Shown one piece after another: positions 13,215-26,350 of a stretch of 64,000 nucleotides of DNA. A model generated the notes under the pieces. It saw only the letters and a list, made by a program, of their open reading frames with translations. It was not told the DNA's origin and did not search any database. Within the stretch, counting starts at the first letter, position 1. Every line of letters begins with the position of its first letter. Location: contig MU053376.1 of NCBI GenBank assembly GCA_013239625.1, forward strand, positions 24,833 to 88,832. Reading direction: 5' to 3'. This DNA comes from Lama guanicoe (Eukaryota). The translations under genes were made by a program, and so were the position numbers.

Positions 13215-13600
13215 GTGGTAGATTGTATTACGGTTCCCAAATTATTCACACCCTTTCCTGAGAGAACTGTGTGTACCCCCTCCCTTTGCCATGTGAGTTT
13301 CCAGGCACATCCCATTTGGCAGGAGTGGCCACCTGACTTGTTTTGTGGGTTGAAGGCTACGTGCTACTTCCTAGATGACGCTGTCATAAACGTGGTACTC
13401 CACTTTTCTTTTCCTTCTGCTGTGAGCTTAGCTTCTTCCCGATAGAAACTTTTGTTTCCAATTAAATCTCAGAATAAAGAAGTCATATAGAGCAAAGCCC
13501 TAGCCAACCTGTGCTGAGCTGACACGAGCAAGAAATATACCTTTGTGATTATAAGCCATTGGGGTTTGGGGATTGCATTTGCTACTGTAGTATCACCTAC
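13215..13600 (+). mobile_element. Old MaLR LTR (MLT1-type)
   Basis: tgtggtagattgtatta start; ataagccattggggtttggggattg end. Confidence 0.55.
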
Positions 13601-13699
13601 CTATGCAGCTCCTTTTTAAAAAGGAAATATATGTATATTTTATATGTAAAATCTTCTGTTAAACTTTGGATCCCACATTATCTTTTTCAGAATTCACTT

Positions 13700-14030
13700 T
13701 TCTTCTTGTTGAAATGATCCTTTCAGGGAGAGTCAGTGGCTACTAACGTTTCTGAGTTCTTGCATGACTAAAGATGTCTTTATTTTACCCTTACTTTGGA
13801 ATGACAGTCTCACTGGGCACAGAATTTTACATTTAGCATTATTTTATTTCACCATTTTGTTGATTTTATTCCATTGTCTTTTGGCATCTGCTGTTAAATG
13901 TGAGAAAGTCTGGTATCAATCGGATCTTGTTCCTTGTCAAATAGGCTGTTCTCACCCTTTGGTAACTTTTACTATTTCCCTTTCTTGTTTTCAAGCATGG
14001 CTATGAGTTTTTAAATCTATTTTCTCCCTC
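13700..14030 (-). mobile_element. Old L1 (L1ME-like) ORF1 fragment
   Basis: gtctttattttacccttactttggaatgacagt...ttccattgtcttttggcatctg. Confidence 0.6.
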
Positions 14031-14589
14031 ATTTTATGTGTTCAGAGAAGGAGGAGGCATTTTCAGCATCTACTCCACCTGCTCTCTGGACCCAGAACTT
14101 GGCTCCTGCATTACTAAATGGAGTGGACTTGTTTTGATAACATGTACACATAATTTTGACTTGTCCATTTTTGTATGATGTTGCAAAAGCTTGATTAATA
14201 TTAATAAATGGTGTCCTTTCAGTTCTTGTGTCTCCAGTCTCCTTGAGATTTCCCCCGTCTTATCTTCTTTCAGGCTATCAGCAGCCACTTAATTCTAATG
14301 CCCGTCCACTCATCCATAGCAATATTCTGCATGTTGCTTGGCCTCTTCAATTCTCCCCAGCCACCTCAGAATGACTCCTCCTACTTTATTGTACAGAGCA
14401 ATTGTGTTCTTTCTAGCAACCTGCCTCCAAACTCAGCTTGTGACTTCACTTTGAAAACCCACAGTATTATTCACACACTCTAGTACACAATGGGATATCT
14501 CTTTTGACTCCTTTTCTTTTTTCTACCAGTTTAGCAAACAGAAAGAAATAGTATAGAAATTTATTTCCTCATTGATATAAATCATGCTC

Positions 14590-15000
14590 CTGTATTAGTA
14601 AGACTTGTGTCTGACTTCTAATAATAAAGGCCCAAATTAAAGGGTTTAATCTAATAAAAGGTTTTTTTCCCCCTCACATAAATAAACTTTGCAGGTAGGC
14701 AGTTTAAGGCTAATATTGTGGTTTCTCAGTCATCAGGCACCCAAGCACTTTTTTTCTGTTTGGCCTTCCTTAACATATGGCTTTCAAAATCCCTTCATGG
14801 TCCTTTTGTGGTCACAAAATAGCTGCTAAACCTGCAGCCATCACAACCACATTCCAGACAGGAAAAAGAAGGTGAGAAGAGCAAATAGGTGTGCTTCCCA
14901 CCTGAGTCAGCCCGTGTAGAAGTTCCCAGACATCTCATCTCTTCCACTTAGATTTCATTGGCCATCCCTAGCTACACAGGGACTATTTTAGTCTCAAGCA
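14590..15000 (-). mobile_element. Old MaLR LTR (MLT1J/K-like)
   Basis: ctgcagccatcacaaccacattccagacagg...tttcattggcca...ctagctac. Confidence 0.5.
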
Positions 15001-15922
15001 AATTGCATATATTGCCTGTGGGCCGTCACTTTTGGTTGCTCTATAGTATAACATTGGCTTACAATGGTAGAGCAGACTCAATTCTTTCCCTTGAGGCAGA
15101 GAAAGTTGTTTTTGTTTCTCTTTATGCATAAGAGTAAGAAGAGTTTAGAGCTAATTTTGGCTGGAGGAGGGGGATGGGGAGAAGGGCAGAGCAAGAATCT
15201 GAACACAAAAGAGCAGTCTGGGATTGAGGGTAGTGAAGTCGGAGGGCAAATTTGTCCTCAGGGCCCTGGAGTAGTTTCCCCTAACCCCAGACTGCCCCCT
15301 CCCCTTCCTTTTCCCCTTCCTCCACCTCCTCCCGTCTCCTCAGCCAAGCTTGGCTTCCATTCAAACTTTCCGGAAATCCCCTACCCAATTTCCAGCTTTT
15401 GAAACAATGACTCTCGGGAGACTATTCCCATTGTCCTTGGAACTAGAACAATGAGAGAGTAGAGGCTCTTCTCTGGCTTCAGGCGACATCCCTGCTCTCA
15501 GGCTTCCCCCAAAGTAAAAGCTTCCTCAACTCTCCAAATCACTGTCCCCATCTGTACAGAGGCAGGAAGATGGGGGAGGCAGACAAAAAGGCACTTTCTG
15601 TCAACTGCTCTGACACCTGAAGTCAATGCCAGCCCCTCAAGGACTGCCTGGGGCCTGTCCTCTTAGCTGGAACTAAGGAGTCTCTGAAGGGGGCTGCAGT
15701 CAGAAGGACCCCTGAGTACGCTGGGGCCTAGCAGGCAAACTCGGGGGCTGATTCCTGTGTTTTTTTATGTCTCTTTCTGTGCCTTGGTTTCCCTGCTATT
15801 GAAGTGAGAGGACCAGAGGCCGAATTGAGGGTTTATCTCTCTGCCAGCCTCTCTTCCACTCCTAGTTCTGACCCCAGGAGACCCCTGCCCCCTTCCCTCC
15901 CCTGTTCTGCCAAAGGGCTGTT

Positions 15923-15947
15923 GGGGTGGGGGAGGGTGCGGGCGGGG
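15923..15947 (+). promoter_or_regulatory. G-quadruplex-forming motif with Sp1 GC box
   Basis: GGGG T GGGGG A GGG TGC GGG C GGGG: five G-tracts with 1-3 nt loops; contains GGGCGGGG. Confidence 0.5.
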
Positions 15948-16469
15948 CTTTGCTTGCACCGTCCTGGCGCCTGACTGGATCGGGTTACTGGAGGCAGTCT
16001 GGATTTGAATGTGCAAATAAACAGAAGTCGCTTTGATCCACGAGGCTGAGAGGGAAGGGGAAGAAAACTCAGTGCCCTGGCCAGAGAAGTGCGTGCTGGG
16101 TGCTTGAGAGAGGGCTTGGGGATGTGAAGTGTGAGTGCATCCTTAGTCCTTTGACTGGATCCACAACCTATTAAAAGAGAGAGAGATCCAGAAAGAGGCA
16201 GGGACCCACGTTAGGCATTTCAGAATTCCTCCAGGAACCAAATATTCCATTGGCCTTTCCTCGCTGTTACCAGGAGGGGAGTGGGTAGCTTGGCCCCCAC
16301 CCTCCCTCAAGGCTCTCCTGCCTTGGGGATATCTTGGGTGCCCCGAGGGAGAGGGAGAGATGGAATGGAGCTCTGGGGCGTGTGTGGTTCAGGGTGGGGC
16401 CGTAGGTGGGGAGCTCGGCTATTGTCTCCGTGGGCACCAATCCACAGCCACGGGCAGGCTTAGAGAGGG

Positions 16470-16730
16470 CGAGACAAAGGCGGGAATGGGACAAGCACAA
16501 AGGGAGCAAGGAATGAAATGGTAAGTAAAGGCAAACAAAAGTGAACCGGGGGAGACAAAAGCTGGGAACAATATTCCCCAGGCAATAGGCTGGGGAACAA
16601 TAGGGACACTGACAGCCCCACAAAGACACCAGTGTCTCCAAGTAGACGTTATCTCAGGCAGTGGTTGGCAGCCCTGCTCTGGCCGCAGTTATTTTCAGTG
16701 CCGCTTTTGTGCCGTGCTGAACAATATTCC
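16470..16730. promoter_or_regulatory. Candidate enhancer: SOX-motif cluster
   Basis: ACAAAG at 16474, 16497 and 16620; AACAAT at 16567, 16596 and 16720; ACAAAAG variants at 16535, 16555 and 16704 (reverse). Lies in non-repeat DNA. Confidence 0.4.
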
Positions 16731-17687
16731 TTGCATGGCTGCTGAGAGAAAGATGAGAAAGTTTCTGTTTGATTCTCCTCTTCCTTCCCCCCACCACCAC
16801 TTTTCCAACCCCCCCCCACCAGCTTCAGGCATTCTGAGATCAAGTCACTGGCCTGGTTGGAGGGGGTGGGTTGGAGGGGGCCCTGGTTGGAGGGGGTGTG
16901 AGGACCAAGGGACCCAGTGGGGAGGGTCTCTAGCAGGCTCTTTCCAGTTGCCCGCCACCCTACCAGTGTCGCCATGGAGGGAAGAGAGCAGAGATTCTTG
17001 GGCTGGACAAGGAGGGGCTGGAGAACTGGGGTGTGTGAGGAGGGCTGTTCCCCGAAGTGGATTCTGCGTTCATCAACAGTCACAAGACTGGCCTGAGCGG
17101 CTCACTGTGAAAAGGCCTGCTCAGCAAGCGTTCTGCTTGCGGCCCTTCTGCTCCCTTCTTCCTCTGTGCCAGCGTGCTCCCCGCCTCACCCTCATAGCCC
17201 TTTTGCATTCTCCCTTCTTTGTTCATAGGGTTACCAGTTCCTTGGCTGCCTCTCAACTCCTCCCTCCCCCACACATGCCACTCCAAGTTAAGCCTAAGGG
17301 ATCAAGGTCCTTAGCTTGAGGGGAAACCCGTTTGATAGCACTGACCCTTCTGGAGGCCCAGTGGCCATTCCCCTCAGAGCACATATGATCCCAGTCCACA
17401 GCATTAGCCACTCCCTCCTGAGGACCTCCCCTGTTCCATCTCAGAGGGACTCTGACCCTAGGCTGTCCTCAGGGGTGTCCTTGCCCAGAGCTGCCTTGTG
17501 CACAAGGCTGCGTGCTGTCAGTTTTCTCAGGGATGCGCCCCGCCACCGCTGATCTTGTGGGATTAGAAGGAACCCCAGGCGTTTTCATCTGACTGATCTT
17601 GGTCTTGTTCTTATTCTTATTCATGTGCTTAACTTAGTTTTCCAGTTTCAGCTTCTTGGGCAGGCACTGACACAAAAACCTCAGGAA

Positions 17688-17851
17688 GGGGGAAGGTGTA
17701 GTCCAAGCGCTAAAGCACATGCTTAGCACTTGGACTAACCCAGCACTTAGCTTTAGTACTGGGTTCAATCCCCAGTACCTGCTCTAAAAACAAATAAATA
17801 AATAAACCGAATTACCCCCATCCCACCCCCTGAGAAAAGATTAAAAACAAG
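17688..17851 (+). mobile_element. Vic-1 SINE with rearranged tRNA-like head
   Basis: Vic-1 ends; TSD AAAAC(C/T)TCAGGAA at 17675-17687 and 17852-17864. Confidence 0.85.
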
Positions 17852-18108
17852 AAAACTTCAGGAAAAAAACCTTCCAAGGAGACCAGACACCCAGAGGTGG
17901 ACCCAGAGGTCTGAGCCATCACTTACTTTGTGAAATTTGTGGTTATTTGTCCAGATTTCTCAATATAAGTTAGCACTTCAAAGTCAGGAAACACATTTTT
18001 TACCTCTATTGGCTACCTTGGAGCATCATGGCACATAATAAGTTCTCAATGAACACTTGGTAAATTGGACCAAATTATGAAGATCAGAAGGGACTTTAAA
18101 ACTCATCT

Positions 18109-18227
18109 AGTACCTTGCTATTCATAGTGGGGTCCCTGGACCAGCAGCATTAGCATCACCTGGGAGTTTGTTAGAAGTGCAGAATCTCAAGCTCTACCTT
18201 AGAACAGCTGCATTAAAATTTGCATCT
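18109..18227. mobile_element. MER5A DNA transposon fragment
   Basis: ggtccctggaccagcagcattagcatcacctgggagtttgttagaagtgcagaatctc. Confidence 0.8.
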
Positions 18228-18470
18228 TACAACAAGGTCCTACTGTAGAGCACAGGAAACTATAGTCAATATCTTGCAATAACCTATAATGATAAAGAAT
18301 ATGAAAAGAATATATATGGGGGAGGGTAGAGCTCAGTGGTAGAGCATGTGCTTAGCATACGTGAGACCCTGGGTTCCATCCCCAGCACTTGTGTTAAAAC
18401 TAAAAATGATTAATAAATAAATAAACTTAATTATGCCCCCCCACACAAAAAAACCAACAAAACACAGTTG
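18228..18470 (+). mobile_element. L1 3' fragment (18228-18317) followed by Vic-1 SINE (18318-18470)
   Basis: acaacaaggtcctactgtagagcacaggaaactat (L1 3' UTR), then ggggagggtagagctcagtggtagagc. Confidence 0.85.
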
Positions 18471-18608
18471 GAATCAAATCAAATTGAACAGAATTAAATT
18501 CACTTTCAAAGACTCCTAGGAATGGGACCTTGCACCTAGCGTATGCTCAGTCAATGTTTGCTGAGAGAAAAGTTTGAAAAATCTGTTATGACCTCCCTGC
18601 ATGATCTC

Positions 18609-19145
18609 TGCGGTAGGTAATTTTGTGGACCACCTTGACTGGGACCCGGGTACCCAGACATTCGGGCAAACGTTACTCTGGATGTGTCTGCGAGGGTGTT
18701 TTTGGACAAGATGAACGTCTGAGTTAGTGGACCGAGTAAAGCAGGTTGCCCTCCCCAGTGTGGGTCAGCCTCATCCATCAGCTGAAGATCTGAAGAGAAA
18801 AAGAAGACTGAGTAAGAGGAAGCTCCTTTTGCCTGATAGCCCTGAGCCGGGACACTGGTTTCCTGTCTGTAGACCCAGACTGAAATATCAGCTCTTCTTG
18901 GGTCTCGAGCCTGTCAGCTTTGGACTGAAGCCTCCACCATCAGGTCTCCCGGTTCTCTTTGGACTTGGACTAGTGCTACATCAATGGCCTTCTGGATCTC
19001 CGGCTCGCCAACTGAAGATATTGGGACCTATAATCATGTAAGCCAAATTCTTACGTTAAATGTCTTTATATCTCCATATCTATCCATCTTTCTCTCTATC
19101 CATCTATCTATGGTTCTTCTTCTCTAAGGAACTCTGACTAGTACA
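18609..19145 (+). mobile_element. ERVL LTR (MLT2B-like)
   Basis: taattttgtggaccaccttgactggg...ctggatgtgtctgcgagggtgtttttgg...gagtaaagcaggttgccctcccca...ctctgactagtaca. Confidence 0.75.
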
Positions 19146-20496
19146 GATTTTGGTACCAAGGGTGCTGGTGTAACAAATGTGGAAGTGGCTTTGGCACTGG
19201 AACCAGGTAGAGGCTGGCAGATTTTTAACATGCATGCTGGAACTATGGATGTAAAGGGGGTTCCGGTGAGATTTCAGATGGAAATGAGAAACATGTTATT
19301 GGGAACTAGGAGAAAGCTCATTCTTGTTATAAAATGGGAAAGAACTTGGCTGTTTTACGGAAGGAAGAACTTGAAAGTAATAAATTGGATATTTAGCTGA
19401 GGCAATTTTCAAGCAAAGTTCTGAAGGAGTGGCTTGGGTTCTCCTGACTCAGATAGTACAATGTGAAAAGAGATGAACTGAATCAAGAGATGAATTGAAG
19501 AAGGAATTATCAAGCAACAAGGAACCAGAACTTGACGATTTGGAAAATTATTAGCCTATTCATATTGTAAAAAATGAGAAAGCTTCAGTAAATCAATCAA
19601 TCAAACCAAAGGGCTAAAAAAAAATAAAGAGAAAGAGAGAGAGAGCTTGCTGTAAAGAGAATGCTAAGGGTGTGGCTGAGCTACCGTTTGATAAAGAGAT
19701 TGTGGGGGCAATTCATGGACTTAATTAGCTATCCCAGCAGAAGCCAGGAATGCAGATATGCTTACACCAGCAAAGACACTGCCATGTGAATTAAAGGGGA
19801 CAGAGAAAAGGAAACAGAATGAAGGAAGGCTGCTGGACTTCTCAGGTCCTAAGAACAACACCACAGAGCTGTTAGGCTCTGCAAACATGTGCTATTCTTC
19901 AAGAAAAGGAAAGAATGGCCCTCAGGTAATTCAGAGATCAGGGCTATTGCCTTGGTTTCAACCTGCCAGCCAGACAGCCTCGGAAGACTTGAGGGTGGGG
20001 CTACCCAGAGTCTTGGGCGCCGGATCCCCAGTAGCAGAGCTTGGAGGTGGGACCACTGCCCGAGTGGGTCCTGAAGGCAGGACAGCTACCGCCATGCAGG
20101 CAGGACAGTGAGCCAAAGTGGATTATTCACAAGCCTTAAGATCTAATGAGATTTGTCCCGCCAGGCTTTTGGACTTGCTTGGGACCTACTACTTTATTTC
20201 TTCCTTAGGATTTCTCCCATGTGGAATGGGAACGTCTACCCCACGCCTGCCCACCCTTGTATTTGGAAGTGAATTACTTGTCCAGTTTTGCAGGATCACA
20301 CAGCTGGAGAGGAATTTTGCCTTCAGTTGAATGAATATACCTCAAGGGTCACGCATACGCGCTTTACATGATATTTAGGAGGGACTTTGAACTTCAGGGT
20401 TGATACTGGAATGAGATTAAACTTTGGGGGCTGTTGGGGTGGAGTAAGTGCATTTTGCATGCAATAAGACATGAATCTGGGGGACCAAGAGCTGAA
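19146..20496 (+). mobile_element. MaLR internal region
   Basis: aaatgtggaagtggctttggcactgg...agatggaaatgagaaacatgttattgggaactagg... and 3' ttttgcatgcaataagacatgaatctggggg. Confidence 0.75.
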
Positions 20497-20848
20497 TGCT
20501 ATGGATCCAATTGTGGTCCCCCCCCACCAAATTTGTATGTTGAAGCCCTAACTCCCAGTGTGACTATATTTGGAGTAATGAAGTAATTAAGGTTAAATGA
20601 GGTCATGGGGTGGGACCCTGATTAGTTTATGGAAGAGGGGACACTGGAGAGCTTGCTCCCTCTCCCTACCACGTGAGCACACGGTGAGAAGGCCGCCACC
20701 TACGAGCCAGGAAGAGAGAGAGCCTTTATCAGACACTGACCCTGCTGGACCTTGCCCTGCAGCCTCCAGCACTGTGAGAAAATACATTTCTGTCTAAGCC
20801 ACCTTGTCTATAGGATTCTGCTACGCCAGTTCAAGCTGATTAATGCCA
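20497..20848 (+). mobile_element. MaLR LTR (MLT1A-like)
   Basis: tgctatgga...tatgttgaagccctaactcccagtgtg...cagcctccagcactgtgagaaaatacatttctg. Confidence 0.8.
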
Positions 20849-21184
20849 TCCCTACTGATGGGAGAGAGGAGAGGTCTCCATGCCTGTGCAGGGCGGACCG
20901 AAGGGCCTCACAGCTGAGGACACACAGAATCTCATTCTTCCTCCAAAATGAGATGGGAACATCTCCTCCTTTCCTCTGATGGCCTCGGTGCAAACAGGGC
21001 AGCACAGTGAGCTATTTGGGGCTGCTGCATGTCCCACAGCTCAGAGCAATTCCTGGGCAGGGGTGGGCGCTCAAGCCCAGTTCAGAACTCTTAGACAGAA
21101 AGATTCTGTTGCTATTGTTCAGACAATGGTGCCATCTTCCCAACTTGTAGAAAGTTACAAAGGAATCAAGTCAATTAAAGAAAT

Positions 21185-21325
21185 TTTTTTTCTTCTTTTA
21201 ATGTATATTTATTTTTATTTCATTTACTACTTTTTTAATTTTTACCCTTGACAGAGGCACTGGGGATTGAACCCAGGACCTTGTGCACACCAAGCACGCA
21301 CTCCACCACTGAGCTATACCCCCTA
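21185..21325 (-). mobile_element. Vic-1 SINE
   Basis: gaggcactggggattgaacccaggacc...ccactgagctataccccc. Confidence 0.9.
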
Positions 21326-22047
21326 CCCGCACTGAGTCAAATGTTTACAATTACAATTCAAATGTTTTTCTCCCATAGATTGGAAAAAAACATAACAAAA
21401 CAAAACACCAAAACACCTTTGTTGGTGTCCACTTACAGAAAGCATTATTTTGTGGTTCTTTTAATCTTTGTATACTAAGATTCACCATCTTCATTAAAGA
21501 TCACCATGACTTGTATGTCCTAAGCCACTCTAAACAAACTTATAAACCATTGCAGAGTGTTTATCTGACAGTCTTCCTTGACCAAACCCGTCAATTCCGT
21601 TGAAGGAAATGAATAGCCACGTAATTTCTGATCTATACAGGCAGTCAAGTTTTGGGAGGAGGGGAGAGTGATGGGGGCTGGCAATCTACTGGCCAGCCAA
21701 ACTGGAAAATCAGCTTTTCAGAAGTTTCCTCTGGACTTCTCCCAGGCCATTTATCTCCGATACCCTCCACCCCCACTGCCCAGGTTAGGGGAGGACAGAG
21801 AAGAGAAAAACAATGCGAAGGTTTGGGATGAACTACCCCGGAGTGTATTTATAATTAGTTCTGAATTCTCAGCAGCAGAAGACAGGGGTCGAGGCATTGC
21901 CATTTTTCCCCAACACTCAGCAAGCAGCAGCCACAGCAGCAGCCGGCCCCCAGCTCTCCTCGTCCACAAAGCGCAGCCCCTGGGCAGGACTGGGACCAAA
22001 GCCTCAGATGCTCTCTTACTCCTTCAGCAGGTGCGTGTGTGTCTTCT

Positions 22048-23088
<1,041 letters not shown>

Positions 23089-24719
23089 CATGTTTGTCTT
23101 CTGATATGATCTAATCACCCCAGACTGGCCAGCCTAAGATGGGTAGGGGGAAAATAGGTTTTCCTCCCTGATATTAGGGAAATGTGAGGGCTTCTTGGGT
23201 CCTTAGGGGAATGATGGGAGGGTGAATCTACAAAAAAAATATATTCTGAGTTGTGGAAAGTAAAGAAGGGATTTCAGCTTCTGAATATGTAAGTCACATG
23301 TAAAATAACTATAAACTTGAGCTCTTATCTTAGAGTTAACATTGCAGGATTTTGTTTGTGTGTTTGCCTTGCTGTAGACCCTAATGAGACCCCTAGGGTG
23401 AGTTCTAGCATCATGCACTCCCTGACCACCCCTGGCCTCCGTGTTCTCCTCACACCTGATGCACACCTGGAAGCAGGTGAGCTGTCAGTCTCCCTTTTAA
23501 AGACTCACTTCCGGTTGGCACACAGGAAGTTCACAGGGACTAATGCCTTCTGAATGATGCCTCCTGGAATGAGCAATGATGTGACTTGACCTGTTTTTGC
23601 TTCTCAGAATCAGTGAAGCACCAAAATCACCCATTCCCTTTCCCAACCCTCACCTTTGGTACCTAGATTGCTCTCAGCACCCATTGTTGTGGCCCTGCCT
23701 GTTACCTTCGGAGAGAAGTTTAGCGTCAGCCAGCCCTTCACTTTTAAGGAGGTATTAATTTAGGACTAGGTGTCTCATCCTATGGGCTGCTTTCCTTCTG
23801 GGTAAGAAGTTTTAAACTCTGAGTCAAAATTATCCTTCTTTTCTTCAAAATTCTATTCAAAACACAGGCATTCTAGGATTAAATTCCCTGATTAAACCAG
23901 CCAGGCTGTGGTCATTGAACACTGCCCCTTTCCTGGACTCGTTACCTACTTAGCACCACATTCATCTTTACTCGGAGATTTTGGTTTCTTGTCCTCATTC
24001 CTGGGCTGAGTTTTCTCTATGAGTGGTCCTGCTGCTGTCATATCGTCTAGTCCTGCCTCAGGAGCAAAATCAAATCAGCAGATAATTTTCAACAGCCACT
24101 GTATGCAAGACACAGTCTGAGGATGAGGACTGGAAGATGAGAGACAAGATACGATGGGGTGGAGGCTACCCGCCTTCCTTAGGTAGTTTACAGCTAGTTA
24201 GAGAGAGAGACAAAATCACATGTAGAGTGACCTGAGATGAGATCTCAGGACGGTAATGAAATAAAAGTGAGAGAGAAGCATAAGAATGTTCAAAGAAGAT
24301 AAAGTCTACGTAGGTAATAAAAGAGGCAGTAGGACATAAACTTTGAAGCAAAGGTGGAATTGGCCAGGCAAAAAGGAGAAGGAAGGCTATTTATGGCCTC
24401 AGGAAATGATGTAAACAAAGATACAGTCAGTGCTTCTGTAAGGCTTATTTTGAAAACATGAATTTGTTCCAACCTGATTCATAGATTAGGGAGCAATTTG
24501 AGCATAATGCAAATCTGGTATTTGCTTACGCTTGATCTTACCCTGAGAAACAATAGGTGAATGGACAAAAATGAACCAAGCAGGGTAAGAATTCACAAAA
24601 TGTACACAAGCACATCCCTCCAATTTCTACCACCTACCTAAGCTCACAGAGTGTATTGTAACTTTCTTTCCAATCTCAGATAAACTTCCTTCCAGCATTC
24701 ACAGTAACTCATCAACTGT

Positions 24720-24985
24720 GCCCACTTCCATTTGCCAAATTCAGGTCTGTTTCAAGGTATGGCGCCATATTGATTGTAGTATTCATGTATTTCTTAACCA
24801 TTTAGTAGGTATAAACTTTTTATTGGGTTCCTGTCTTTTTTGTTGCTGTTACTGACAAAGTTTTTAAGCTTTATGATCTCTAAACCCATTTTCCCCGCAA
24901 GCCCTATGGTTTTTATTGCATGGCTTTTGCATACTGTGATGCTTTTTAGGAGCACACGTGTTGTATTATAGCAGAACTGACTGCA
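24720..24985. mobile_element. Tigger-like DNA transposon fossil
   Basis: aacccattttccccgcaagccctatggttttta...ttatagcagaactgactg terminal sequence. Confidence 0.5.
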
Positions 24986-25089
24986 CAGGTTTTGGAATAA
25001 AAGTAATATTTAGAGAACCGTGAACAAATGATTAGGACTATAACTGAATTTATGTAGGAGAATTTTCAAACTGAAGCCTGAAATTGGAT

Positions 25090-26319
25090 TTACTTATTCA
25101 TTTGACAACTATTCGTTGAGTGCTTACAATCTGCCAGACTCTATTCTACGTGCTTGGGGTCACGGCAGTGAGCAAAATATACAAAAATATCTGCCCTCCA
25201 GAAGTTTACATACCAGTTAAGGAGAGACACAAAAATTAGATAAATAAATAAAATATATATGTATTTTATTAATAAAATAATAAAATATATGTTAGATAGT
25301 AATCAATAATAAGAGAAAAAAGCAGAAAAATCAATATGATGTGTCTGGGGATGGGTTTGGATGTGATGTCTGAATTATTTATTGCTATGTAACAAATTAT
25401 GCCAAAATTTAACAGCTGAAGACATTTACTCTTTCACACAGCTTCTAAAAGTTAGGAAGACAAGAACAGCTGAACAGGAGAGGTTCTGGCTCAGGCTCTT
25501 TCATAAAATCACCATCAAGGTACCGGCTGTGAGCTACCATGCTCAGCTCACATGGCTGTTGGCAAGAAACCTCTGTTTCTTGCCTCTCCATACAATTGCT
25601 CTTAACACAGTAGCTGGCTTTCCCCAGAGAGAATGATTCAAGAAGAGAGATCACATGCCCAAGGTGGAAGCTGTAGGTTTTTATAACCTGATCTCCAGTG
25701 GCCTACCATCACCCTGCCATCACACAAGCCAACCCTGGTACAGTGTGGGTGGGAGGGGACAAGAGGATAACACAAAAGTATGAATATCAGTATGTGGGGA
25801 TCACCAATTTGGAGGCTGGCTACCACAGTGACCAAGGAAGTTCATCTGAAATGACCTCTGGATTAACCCTGAATGGAAGTGCAGGAGGAAGCTATGAGGA
25901 TGTCAAGGGGAAGGTCCTTCTATGAAGATGGAACAGCATGAGCAACTATACGTGCCTGGTGAGGTTGAAGGACAGCAGGTTGCAATGGGCTAGAGTAGAG
26001 TGAAAAGGAGAAGAAGAGAAGATGTCAGCGAGGTGATGGAGAGAGGGATGCTTTCATCTTTACCCTCAATGAAATACGAGTTCTGAGCCAAGAAGTGACA
26101 TGATCTGACTTAGAGCTTTTAACCAAATGTATCTGGTTGCTGTGTTAAGAGTAGACCAAAGGGAAGCAAGGGTAGGGGTGGGAAGACAAGTTAGGAGATG
26201 AGGGATGGTGGCATCTAATTCTAGAAGCATGTTGAAGGTAGAACAGACAGAATATGCTGATGGGTTGCCTATGGAAAGTGAGAGGAAGGGAAGTCAGAGA
26301 TTACTCCATGGGTTTTTTG

Positions 26320-26350
<31 letters not shown>

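Noticed and set aside
16714..17319. 201-aa ORF (+) and overlapping 144-aa ORF (-)
   Set aside because: Low-complexity translation of G-rich repeats; no protein-family signal.
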